A DNA stretch of 63,414 nt, the filler included, from Lenisia limosa (taxonomy: Eukaryota; Protista; Breviatea): the NCBI GenBank assembly GCA_001655205.1. It is 9 parts of 9 records of this genome, joined end to end, with 100 filler letters (N's around TTAATTAATTAA, not from the genome) between each part and the next. Parts side by side here need not be neighbours in the genome. Positions count along the whole stretch, not along the records: positions 11,781 to 17,902 come from LPNZ01007527.1; positions 18,003 to 28,602 come from LPNZ01009478.1; 7 more parts are not named here. One strand, written 5' to 3'. Of this stretch, positions 13,188-25,426 are shown one piece after another. The translations under genes were made by a program, and so were the position numbers. Positions within the stretch are counted from its first letter, which is position 1. Each line of letters starts with the position of its first letter. The notes beneath the pieces were generated by a model. That model worked only from the letters and a program-made list of their open reading frames with translations, searched no databases and was not told where the DNA came from.

Positions 13188-16100
13188 CTACGGCCTTAGG
13201 CTAAAGCGAACCGTTTGAATGTGCCAAACTCTTTTGTTGATACTGAAAACATTTCATACATATAATATATAATAAAAAAAAACACAAGCTACTTAGTATG
13301 AGAGAAGATGTGACCGAAAGAGCCAGACTTCACCGAAATGTGGGTCTTTCCCTGGGGGTAAAAAAAGGTATAAAAAATTTTTAGTTAATAAAAAAAAAGG
13401 TAATGATAATTTTTTGCACACAACGCGAACCACAACCAAGCACCCCCCACAGTCAACGCGGCGATTTCGTTCCAAGCACCCTCAACAGTCGTGTCATTTA
13501 CACAGTCAATGTTGACTTGTCCGACCTGGACGTTTCGAGTGTAAGCTCCACAGGCTCCTTGAGAGGTTGAATATGGTGTTATTGTAATAATGTTTGTTTA
13601 CATGTCATGTGTCTTCTGGACACAGTTCAAATATCATCTGATTTGCAGCAAAAACAAAACAAAAGCAGCGGGTCCCTCCTACCGACTCCGACGATGTTGA
13701 AGATGGAAGTTGAAACGGATGTGAACGCGCATGGCGTAGTAACCTGGTGGTCATGAAAACTACTTTTGTTTATGAAAGAATACAATAATAATGGTTTATA
13801 TAGGGTATTGATAAGGGTATTCACAGTTATTTGAGAGCCCGATCGCCTGCATACCAAAGTTGGGGTGTAGGTTGAAGCAGCAACCTCATCGAAGTGGCCG
13901 CCTTGTCCCCACATATACAACTGACCAGCAGAGGTTAGCCCTCCGCCCATGACCCTGAAGGAATCATTGGTAATTTGTTTATGGTATCTCTATGTATTAA
14001 TTTGTTTCCCTAGATTTCTAATGTATATTATTTCTCTTGTTTCAAAAAATAAAATAAAATAACGTCATCTGTAAAAAGTGAGCAATTCATCCAGTGAAAA
14101 AAGACTATTATTGACCTTGGAAACTATCAACATTTTATCGGTCTTTTTCGAACCAAATCCCCAGCTGCAGCCTACCGATTTAGGAAAACAGTCTTAAAAG
14201 TGACTCCATCGGGGACCAGAATTTCTGCCCATCCGCTTGTGTCCTAAATAATCGAATGAAAGATGTAATTGTTAGGGAAAACACTGAAACAATGGCTTGC
14301 GATGTTATGGAGACGAGAAAAACAACAAGAAGTATTTGACCGACCCCCTTCCACACCATCACTACCCAATAGAAATGGAATCCAGAGCATAGCAACCCAC
14401 CCTTGGTGACGGGCAAATGTTAAAGTCCGTGGACCCTCTGCAAAACACCTTGTTGTTTTCTGAGTGTTAACAATTTCTCCACCGAGTAGAAAAATGAGAT
14501 AGTTTCCAAAAAAAAGGATATGTTATCATACACGATATGATTATGTTACACCAATAGAATAAGTTAGGTTATAGAAATTAAAAATAATCACGAAAGTAAG
14601 TTGAATCGATCGGCGGAAGCAATCTCATTTTCATAACCTACCCAATATAATAATGACGGCCTCAGCCACAGTCTGCACCACCTTGATGGCACTGGTTTCT
14701 CCATCAGGGTGTCCAATAAGGTTCAGGTCAACTATCGATCCAACCTGTTTGGTTACAAGACAATGCTTTCCTATTTTGTAATAATAATATCATGTCTTTA
14801 TACCTCGTTTCCACTTGTGATTCATTCAATGTCACTTCATTCATCACTACAAGAGGATATACTGTATCTAGTCGAAGACGGAATAATCAGTATTCTAATA
14901 AATAAAAGAGAAAGAGCACCCCTTCCCACAGTTCCGATTTGCCCAGCAGGGGAGTAACCTCGGCCGAAAAGGTGACCTTCCTCTAGGTCGGGTTAACAAG
15001 GACTGGGATAAGAAATTGGCAAGAGACAGTACTCAAAATTCTGAGACGGAGAGCTCAATCAAACCTGAAAGGAACAATACGCCATCATTTGCACAAATAA
15101 CATCTTTGATTGAAAATGAAGAGGGGACCGTCGGGAGGAGGTCAAGGAAAGCCTTCGTAGTCATGAGCAGCGGCCGTGAAATTGACGTAGTGTCCGAGCT
15201 GATTTGTTAGTGTCCAAGCGCTGTCAACGTAACTGGCGGTACTGTATATGGTGACAATAGCAAAAATACAATTATATAATCACACAATCCTTTTTATCTG
15301 ATATACTCTCCCTACCTATTACGATATCCACACTTACAATTGAACGGCCTTGTAGTTGTTACCGCCCCATCCGTAGATTGAACCGTCTTCTGAAAATTGT
15401 TAGGAAAGTGCCCATTCGTATCAAAGAGTTGATAATTACGATCTCTCCCTCCCATTAGACCCCCATTCAATTTGCTATCAGTGTTGACAGGTCGTTAGCG
15501 TTATGTGATCTCCTGATCTATCACCACCAAGGTTCCAGCTATCTGGTATAATACTGGAATAGGAAGAAATAGCATATGGTACTGAAAGAGTTTTATTTCT
15601 TCCCTGAAGAAATCAATGAACAATCTTGCAACCAAAACCCATGATTACGAACGGGGAATGCCATACCTACCCGTTCTGGCGAAGGTAAAGCGCCAGCCTG
15701 TGAACAGTTGAACCACCTTCGGTAGTGAAAAGGGAGGCTAAATTCACCAAATATACCAAATAGACCAAATAGAGATCAAATGGAAACTTGAATACCACTC
15801 TAATAACTACCTTTGTTAAAATTGTATGGCCATGCAAAGGATGTCTGAGTAGTGATACGATTCATATCAGTGCGATAATTGCACACTACAAAACGTGTAC
15901 TGTGAAAGGGGAGCATTGGTTTCAGTGTGATCATAATATACAATACAAAACGTGTGAAGAACTGTGTGAAGGGACTATTGATTTCATCTTACAACCAACT
16001 TTTTGGTTGGCGAAGAAGCTCCGTGGAATTGCATAAGGACGGGTGACAGTGATATCAGAAGTCTGCCCGTTTCCCAACCCTCCTGCAAAGGATTATGTTA

Positions 16101-17787
16101 ACCATGGCATATACTGGCAATAAGTCTCAAATGAAACAGGATCACAGAGATCTGGGGGCTGTACACGAAAACATTTCATATGACACTATTGTCTGGTACA
16201 ATCTGCATCACAAAGCACAATGTGGCTACTCTGACAAACCGTATCTTTGCACTCCCCATGCTAAAACATCTCCGTTTTCTAGAAGGGGTGAGACACAAAA
16301 ATCGTAAAAACATCGTCAAATTAACCACTCTGAACCTTCAGTTCTAATAAAGAGCTTGAATATGATATGATATATACTGCATGCAGAATATGTAGTATGA
16401 TATGATGATATGTACTATTTATCATGTCATATTCTCTAATTAACAAAACGCCAGACATACTGCTGAGTGTAGTGGGAGTGGCCAACGTAGTCGCAAAGTC
16501 CTTCAAGTCTGCCCCAGGGGAAAAGTTGATACTTGGGTCAAAACCAGTGACATCTGAAGAAGTGACATATCATATACTGTATGTAGTATATTTAAAAAGG
16601 GAATCAAGAGGGTGTCTTTAGGGCTTCTCTTCGGTTCAAAAAAAAGATTGAATTTCTCGATAAATCCTCGAAAAAATTTTACCGGTCTTTTTTGAACCGA
16701 AGTGAAGCACTAGGTGGTGTATTACATGAAAGCCCACCTGTTGCTAGCGTTTGAATGTAATTTGCCTCCGAAGTTCCTGTGCAAACGTAGAGCACTCTAT
16801 CGATGCATTCGGGGCTTAGATGTGAGGAAAGCTTGATTTCTTTCAAAACATCAGAAAATATCAGAGATTGCTCTCATCACGCCGCCACAAACATTATGAT
16901 TCACCCAAATAATAAGGTGAAGGTTTTTGAGTCAGTGGTAATTTTTCTAAAAAAAAAAGACAAGTAACAGGGGTATTTTTAGAACAGTTTCTGTAAAATT
17001 GAATGGTTATTGCGAATTCAACAAAACAAAACAAAAATCACTCGTCCCCCACAATCTCCCCTTGAGTTNNNNNNNNNNNNNNNNNNNNNNNNNNNNNNNN
17101 NNNNNNNNNNNNNNNNNNNNNNNNNNNNNNNNNNNNNNNNNNNNNNNNNNNNNNNNNGACAGTCCCTTCTTTAGGTACTGCAGGGAGGGAGCAGACGACC
17201 TTGCAGGAAATCGAGCCTACTCAGATGACTACTGATCCGTCTCGGTCTAAGGCTATATTCTATGACCGACACAATATTGATGCTGATGAGAAGACTTTAG
17301 GGAATGCGAGGATACCTTAGTCCCATGAATGTACATGTGCTTGTGTGTATACAGATCCAGAAGAGATAAAGATAGCCCCAGCCACCATCGCCTTGCACGT
17401 TTCCACATTCCAGTGTGGCGCCATTGGCAAGCGTAGGCTGCAGGCTGCAGATCTGTCCTGAAATGTCAACATCCACGCTCAAAAACCATATTCATATTGG
17501 GTGACTTTCTATCTTTTTGACTAACCTTGGATAAGCGGATCAGTCGCCTCGGAGGGTGGACCAAACGCTGCTACCAATTCACCAGCGGTATTCACCGAGG
17601 GAGGTCTATTATTGGTAAATTGTGTCGATATTACTTTCAACATTCAAACATTATAATATATCAAGAAATAGTATTGCTAGAGAAAGCTTACTTAACTTAT
17701 TAATCATTCACAATCCCCTTACTTTAGCGAAAAGCTGCCAAAAATAAGACAAGCAACCAAAATAAACAATGATGACGATGCTGTCAT
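13188..17787 (-). CDS. RCC1/BLIP-II-like beta-propeller repeat protein with N-terminal signal peptide
   Basis: ATG at 17787 gives MTASSSLFILVACLIFGSFSLK, phase-compatible with the next exons. Repeated RCC1-like segments: GGLGNGQTSDITVTRP, KVVQLFTGWRFTFART, DGSIYGWGGNNY, IKDVICANDGVLFLSEEGHLFGRGYSPAGQIG, KVFCRGS, LTSAGQLYMWGQGG, ISVKSGSFGHIFSHT. Probable TAG stop at 13188-13190. Some internal exon boundaries are unresolved. Confidence 0.7.
16621..16710. mobile_element. Palindromic MITE copy, opposite orientation, intronic
   Basis: TTA|GGGCTTCTCTTCGGTTCAAAAAAAAGA...TCTTTTTTGAACCGAAGTGAAGCAC|TA. Confidence 0.8.
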
Positions 17788-18009
17788 TGTATTTAGACCA
17801 TAATTGTTGAATAATTGTTGAACTCAAAAGTTTGTTTATATAATTCAGTCATTATAAATTACGGAATTACAAGGGTATAAATAAGTGTAACTCCACTAGT
17901 AANNNNNNNNNNNNNNNNNNNNNNNNNNNNNNNNNNNNNNNNNNNNTTAATTAATTAANNNNNNNNNNNNNNNNNNNNNNNNNNNNNNNNNNNNNNNNNN
18001 NNGGGGGGG

Positions 18010-21000
18010 GGGGGTAAAGCCATCTGTCTTAGCGATCATCTCTTGGGCTAAAGCCGTACAAACTGCGCTGTGTTATAAAAGATGGGTAGTCAGATGAAAC
18101 CAAGAAGAGGGTCCATTCACTCTCAGCATCACTAACTTGCTGCTTTGTCCCGCGATAAGATCGGCAGCGGCCACCGCAGCCGCCAAACTACCCGGCACGG
18201 GGGCTATGGGGTGATGAGGTGCGGGGNNNNNNNNNNNNNNNNNNNNNNNNNNNNNNNNNNNNNNNNNNNNNNNNNNNNNNNNNNNNNNNNNNNNNNNNNN
18301 NNNNNNNNNNNNNNNNNNNNNNNNNNNNNNNNNNNNNNNNNNNNNNNNNNNNNNNNNNNNNNNNNNNNNNNNNNNNNNNNNNNNNNNNNNNNNNNNNNNN
18401 NNNNNNNNNNNNNGAAACTTCCTTTAAAATATCATATTTATGATCCACTTTCTCTAAAGCATTTGAAGACAAGCCTCAAATTCATTCAAATGAGGAAAGA
18501 CTAACCCAACTTTGAAGAATAGCAAATTGGTAATGCATCACCTCCCACCTAGGAACGTCGGGATCGAGCCATGCCCAGCCGCCCATCGGGTCAACGCAGA
18601 GATTATAGCTGTAATTCCAACCACTGCGCCGTGAAGCTTCTCCAGAGGAGGGACCCTCTTGCTGATCTCGCTACACGTCTTGTACTAGAATGTAAAATGC
18701 GTTCCCANNNNNNNNNNNNNNNNNNNNNNNNNNNNNNNNNNNNNNNNNNNNNNNNNNNNNNNNNNNNNNNNNNNNNNNNNNNNNNNNNNNNNNNNNNNNN
18801 NNNNNNNNNNNNNNNNNNNNNNNNNNNNNNNNNNNNNNNNNGGACAAGCCGGCCCAACCCGCGAGCTGCCAACTCTCTAAGGGGGATTATGAGGCAAACG
18901 TTACAGGAGTACGCCATTATAGGAACTGATGTACATCGTATGCCATGTAATTATATCATATCATGGTGCAGTATCGAGCTGTTTCGACAGATCATCATAT
19001 GCCCCGTGAAAGCAATGCATGAGTCCAATGGATTTGGCGCTGACTGAACTGAACCCCCCTCCCCCCTACCCCCTGTGTGCAATAAACATACCTGATGGCA
19101 GGGTCCCAATGCGTAAGCTTTGACGCCACCAGAGTGTCGATGAGAGGCCGGCGATATGCGGAGTAGCTATGGGGGGAGGAGGNNNNNNNNNNNNNNNNNN
19201 NNNNNNNNNNNNNNNNNNNNNNNNNNNNNNNNNNNNNNNNNNNNNNNNNNTTTTAGAAAAGGACTTGTCCACCACTATGGGTCTAAGGAGCGGTCGCGAT
19301 TTGTGAGAAATAAAAATGGAGTCCGGATCTCTCCCACTTAGCCACTTGTGTGGATGTTGTGAGGAAGGCGTTCGTACGGTTGCCGACAAGAAAATAGTCC
19401 GCCAGTTGTACAACCGTGATTCCGTTGGGATAGAGACCCTACAAAGGGGGGGGGGGGTAAATGAGAATATATGAATATCATATACAATTAGTATCTATGG
19501 CAATATCTTAGTATCTACGGCAATATCATATCAGAAAGTTATTCCATATCGATATGTATCTACAGTTATCATAGCATATATAAGTATCTACGGCAATATC
19601 AACCTCTTTTATTTAATTTTGTACCCCTCCACCAGTCTTCCGGTACCCTCTTGAAAAGCAGCGGAGGCGGCTCTTCGACAGTTCACTTCCCGGTCCAAAA
19701 CAGCACAGTTCACCTATCGTGTGACTCAATACGTGGGGTGCAATAGTGATTTGATAGCAGCCTAAGTGGCCATATTATTTGGTATTGCATATGACTGATG
19801 CTGTTCGGGTCTTACAACTCACCAAAGAAGAAGCAATAATGTCGGCATAGGGAGCCATCTAAACAGTAAGGAAAGGGCTGTGTACCATATTGCCATTCAC
19901 AGCCTCCCCCCTCCCTAACATCTTCTTTGTCATACGCCCGCGCAAGGCCCCACGCAATGTAACACGCAGCATCGCGCACGTGACTCCCCACGGAGGCAGT
20001 GGAGGTTGACAGTTCAAATGAAAGGGCCTTGACCAAAATGGGAACCACCTAAGAGCGTCAGCAATAGTCAATTGATTGTCCAAGCAATGCTATTGTGATT
20101 TTAAGGGTTTCTAGTTCTCAACAAAAGCAATCTCGAATATCAATATGAAATGTCCTCCCCAAACCCTATCAAGTAAGTCGATAGGGATGAGGCCCCGGCG
20201 GCACAGCTCGGCAAGAGCTAGACAGTGGCCGTGCCACATTCCATCATCACCACTTGGACTGAACTCGAAAAACATCGACTGGAAGGTAAGGATAAAGTGA
20301 TGCTGGGAAACAGAAGCACGTTACCCCCAACTTAATTTAAATTCCTCAACTTTATCATTAAACATTTCGTAACAGACCCCCGCAGGACCCACCAGGATAA
20401 CGTCTCGCGCCATGTACGAAGGGAGGCGATTGGTGATCCGTCCTAAGCCCTTTGCTGCACTCCAGCGCACTATTGTGTCCTGTGCAATCAGAACTCCACA
20501 CTTAGACCGCAATGAAATTGTAAAAAAAAAAATGGAGCGGGAGAGGGGATGAAAATGTGCCTCTCATATTCAATGCACTGTCAAATCCAAAGTCACAATG
20601 CCCACAATGTCAGAGAGCTTGGCTATGAGCTGTGTTAGCGTCCGCTCCATTTCCTCCCAATCTTGTTGGGACATATCCTGCCCAATGACCGCCATCTATA
20701 GCGATGACACGACAATTTAAACTAACGAAGAGTGTGATATCACTGTGTCCTCCCCCCGCACCTCTTTCAACTCCTCCTCAGTGGGAGTGACAGGGTTCAG
20801 GGGTTTCATCCCATCAGCTGCGGCGGCTTCGGTTCGTTTCACCTGCAAAGATGAGGGCAAAGGAGTAGGGCCAATCCATCCAGACGTTACGTTTTTGATA
20901 TTACCATGGAGTTGTGTTCAGGTTCCAAGACCCAATATCATTGATAGGGAAGTGGTAATGATTTCTGAATAAGCACAGAGCCCACACACGCTCAAGTCTT

Positions 21001-24000
21001 CGATTTTGATATCCTCGAGCGTGAGCTTCTTCCTGGAGTTGCTGTTTTGGTTATCACCATATGTCCAATCGCTGTTCATTCCACCAACTGGCCGCTTCCT
21101 CTGATCCGTTAATGGTAAAAAGAATCACCATAGGATTGTTATTAGAAACACAGAAGATGGGAAAACAAAGCCAATAAAGCCCTGGCCATAGCATCCCACC
21201 TTGAACTCCATCATTCTCTCGAACTCCTCATCATCACTGGGAGGTACATAGGTCTTCAGCCACTCTGTGATCTCCTCCTCAGTCATGCGCTTCATTAAAG
21301 AGAACGTCTCGTCTGTTGCATAAGTGGCGATGACGGTGGAAGGAAATGATGGAGGAACAACAAAAGTAACATGGGGGTGGGACTCACCACGGGGAGGTTT
21401 GATGTGGCCTCGCGCAATAGCCAGAGACATCACCTGCACATAATTAAACTCTGGATATGTACATATAGTATGTATATCATGACTGAAGATATGAAACTCT
21501 CTGAAATGTCCTTTTGGAACATAATTGGGAATCACAACCATGATTTGTTGAGTACACAAAGTTCGTACATTGTTATCCAATAGATTGAACATGACTATCA
21601 CTATTAGATAGTAAAACACTTTGAGTATCAAATAAGCTGGTAGGCCCCAACACTACCTTATCTCTTGCCTCGGCCTTGGTGTAGACATTGTATAGCTTTG
21701 GCTTGGCAGGCATGTTGGTGTTTTCAAAACCTGTACCATTACTACTGTTTTGCCAATACGGCATTAGGGGAGAGGGGGGGGGGTAGAGCAAGCAAAGCAG
21801 CTCTCGGAATTTACCGAGAGAGAAAAAAACAGTATTATTGTGTTCTGCCCCTGCCCCCACCAGGTAATTGAGAGAAGTCATCCGGGGTGTTACTGAGGAA
21901 CTGACGGTTGAATTCCATGATCTCCAGATCTGATGCGGTGGCACTGAGATGAGGGGCAGCTGGAGGGGTTAAGGAAATTACTATTGAAATATCATCTTTA
22001 CCAATAGTAAAAGTAGACCCGAAGGTTGAAAAAAAAACCTGCTGAAGTGGTTCGTACCAGGGTTTGTCAAGATGAAATCGTTCTGGGTATCTGGGGTAAC
22101 AACGGAGCCTGGGGGTACGACGAGACTGTTCAAATCTCTCGGCTGCGAATATATGAGAAGAGAAAAGCAAAACCATGCATAATGACGAGTGGTGCGGGGG
22201 AGGGGGGGGGGGGGNNNNNNNNNNNNNNNNNNNNNNNNNNNNNNNNNNNNNNNNNNNNNNNNNNNNNNNNNNNNNNNNNNNNNNNNNNNNNNNNNNNNNN
22301 NNNNNNNNNNNNNNNNNNNNNNNNNNNNNNNNNNNNNNNNNNNNNNNNATGGTTTAGAACATGAAAAACGGTCACAAGCCAAACCCTACCGGATGAACCG
22401 CTTGATTGACGACAATGCACTTTGTGGGGAGGTTGGAGGGCAATCTACCGTCCTTGAACACCGCCTTGTTAATGATGCAGTGGTCATCGGAGTTGTCCCA
22501 TAACTCGCGAATGTCATCTGGCACCCTATCATGAGGGAACTCCTCACACTGTTAAGGTGAAATATTGGATTTTGAGTTGATCATTATTACAGTGAGTGGG
22601 CTGAATGACGCCGTATTTTTTATCTCCCCTCTTTACCCACCCTTCTCGGGAGCAGAATGGCGGCAGTGTCAACGTCCTGGGCTTTTCCCTCGTTATCGAG
22701 GCGATCGTCGATTTCTGTCCGCTCCTCTGTAGAGAATTAAGGAGTATCATTGGGACAAAGGACAAAATAACAGTAGTGATGCATATACATATATAATTGT
22801 CAGTGAACCATGGAAAGTAACTATTTGATACAAAGAACTATTTGATGTACTCAGTCAATAATTACCTGGGGTATCATCATCAAGAGGCATCATGCGGGAT
22901 CCTAAAAGGTCAAAATACAGCAAAGGGGTGGGAGTGGCGTTAAAGACCAAAATAATGTTGCACAAAGGGGCACTGTCCAAAGCAAACAAACCTCGGCTGT
23001 AACGCCATTTGGCCACTTTAGGGGGGAGGCGAAGAAGTGCGCATCTAATGACATATTATCCAGAGGATATTGCGAAATATATAGCAATGAGAAATAAAAA
23101 ATAAATTGTATCTGGCCGAAGCCGTCNNNNNNNNNNNNNNNNNNNNNNNNNNNNNNNNNNNNNNNNNNNNNNNNNNNNNNNNNNNNNNNNNNNNNNNNNN
23201 NNNNCATTTGCCTGACAACTCTGTGCACACGGCTTTAGAAAGGGAAGAGAAAGCATAACGCCAACCTTTGGATCAGTTTTGCTGACAATTTTCTCACTCG
23301 TGGCGGCAGGGTTCTTGATACATCCCTCACTCTAGACAATGAAAACCGCAAAATGTGAATACAAAAAGGATCTCTGACTGAGGTGGTGGCTTTATTCAGT
23401 TTTGTTGTTTTCCAAGCCATCATAATAATACTTCCAAGCATACTGGTCCAGAATCAGGTGGATGTGAGGGAGCAGAACGTCGCGGTGTCCGACTTTCATA
23501 ATACGGGCCAGTACCACATATGAGCCATTAACCTGTAGCAAATGAGTCGCCCATACAAATCTCCAAAAAAACTGGGATTATCGTAGTATCGAAATCAAAG
23601 ACGCTCAAAATCCAACACTATATCGAAGCAATACAGTCAAAGACATACCATGAACGAGGTTGACTTCGGGTCAGTAATTGTCCCCACAGCTTCCTGAATA
23701 AAGCCAGGCAACAGGCGACTTTGGTCTCTTCTGACAAATCATCAAAAGGGGTGTGCCCCAAAAAGACGGATCTCATGCTACATACCAACACTAATCAAAC
23801 CCCCATGGTAGTTTCCAGACCCCCAAGTCCCATGAAAAAAACATCAAGTCCGGTTGCATAGTGACAGAATCAAACAGTACGGGATAAGTCTGAGATTACC
23901 TTGTGAGATAACGCGCAATGAGCAGTCCAGCCACATCCACTGTTGGTCCTGCGGTGGTTAGAAGTCCAGCCATCCACTGTTGGTCCTGCGGTGGTTAGAA

Positions 24001-25228
24001 GTCCAGCCACATCCACTGTTGGTCCTGCGGTGGTTAGTTATATTGATATTCGTACGCGTATGTAATATGATAATGCCTGTAATGCCTTGTAAATAGTCAA
24101 TGCAGTTCTAATTCATTGGACATATCACCGCCACGTACCCGATTCCAACAGGCTTGCCTTAGCCAGGTTGGGGAGGGTGTCAGCTAGCCATTGGCGTTCG
24201 TGTTTCTAGTTGATGACAGTAATAACAAAACTTTGTTATCCTTTCATGTTGGACAAAATAATAGAGAGAAACAAAAAGCCTTCTTTTGCTTCTGTTGCTA
24301 AATGAGAACGTACAAAATCACTCGTACCAACTCCCCTTTACCTTGGAAGTGAGTGTGTTGAGGTCAAACGGGACAGTGACGAGTGTACACAGCCAGAGTA
24401 GGATGGCGTACTCGGCATGCCAGCCTTCATAAGGACGGTCATCGGTGTCGTCCTGTCTACATTAGAGAGCAAAGTTTTATACCATTGGATGAATCTCATT
24501 CGGCCCTTTCTCATATAGATTTTTTTCAAATATAGATTATGCCTCCTCAAGAAAATAAAAAATACAAATGACTACGTGAATTATGACACGGATTTTATTT
24601 GGCGAAGTAGCCCTGAGCACCCGGGTGTCTCCGCGTTGAGTGACAGCTTGCANNNNNNNNNNNNNNNNNNNNNNNNNNNNNNNNNNNNNNNNNNNNNNNN
24701 NNNNNNNNNNNNNNNNNNNNNNNNNNNNNNNNNNNNNNNNNNNNNNNNNNNNNNNNNNNNNNNNNNNNNNNNNACATTCCAAGTACAGTCTGTGCACACC
24801 GCTACTACCCACAGATCACATACCCCCATACAGATTGTCTTGAAACCGCGGACTTTTGAGAGGATGTAAATCACAAAAGAAACTGCGTAAAGCACTGAAA
24901 GGATCAAGGGAGGTGCAACAAAGAAATTCAACAAATGTCAGCAACGGTATTCCTCGAATACAACCGAATTTGGCCAACCTTCATAGTTGCAGTTGTCAAT
25001 ATTCTTTGCAAGAGATCTGATATGTGTAACGAGAGGGTCAAGAATAGTTCTCAGGTGGGGGTCTAGTAGAGAAGGCTGGTCTTGGTAGATCTGCAATATA
25101 TCAGCAAGCTCAACAGCGGCGAAGAAAGGGAAATGAGTCTGTTTTTCGGCAATAATTCCGCATAATTCAACAAGCCTCTCCTTTTCCTTGACAAAGGAAG
25201 AGAAGAGGGCCGCTTGTTTGTCTTCCAT
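18010..25228 (-). CDS. TBCD: Tubulin-specific chaperone D (cofactor D), N-terminal ~half plus a large internal insertion; 3' part lost at contig spacer
   Basis: Spliced exons give [158 protein letters not shown], all hallmark TBCD motifs in the expected order. Confidence 0.93.
23925..24037. repeat. Tandem triplication (39/37/37+ bp) spanning branch point, 3' splice site and exon start in TBCD
   Basis: Unit GTCCAGCC(AC)ATCCACTGTTGGTCCTGCGGTGGTTAGAA x3; minus strand reads CTAACCACCGCAG|GACCAACAGTGG... Confidence 0.9.
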
Positions 25229-25426
25229 TATTACTGACAATGAGCTTTACCAGCTAATCCTTCATGCAATCCACTCTATATTCAGTGTAATCAAATAATG
25301 TGAATACAAGAGGCCCAAAAGAGGCCAAAACAAGCTGAAACTGGCGTGACAAATGATTGCTTTTGATTAACGTATAACTTCCCCCCAACAAAAAAATAAG
25401 ACCTCTTCCCTTGTATTTGTTTCATA
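25229..25426. promoter_or_regulatory. Candidate bidirectional promoter between TBCD and the LRR-filamin gene
   Basis: Only 198 bp of gap-free sequence lie between the divergent ATGs (25228 minus, 25427 plus). No core elements are assigned. Confidence 0.5.

Noticed and set aside
10990-15230. In-frame TAA codons (WE*DG at ~11020 and ALGH*QI at ~15207) suggesting stop-codon reassignment
   Set aside because: No in-frame stops occur in the conserved SPL, TBCD or DBR1 exons. The 15207 case is a CTAAC branch point before a CAG acceptor, and the other lies in a decayed element.
20845-20989. Possible terminal exon ending the insert as a separate gene
   Set aside because: A phase-0 splice from 20990 to 20842 bypasses it and continues into canonical TBCD; it is treated as intron pending RNA data.
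21300-21390. VIATYAT segment that would complete a PIWI-like P..YA motif
   Set aside because: The best splice model places it inside a 75-nt intron (21313-21387), which weakens the PIWI interpretation of the TBCD insert.
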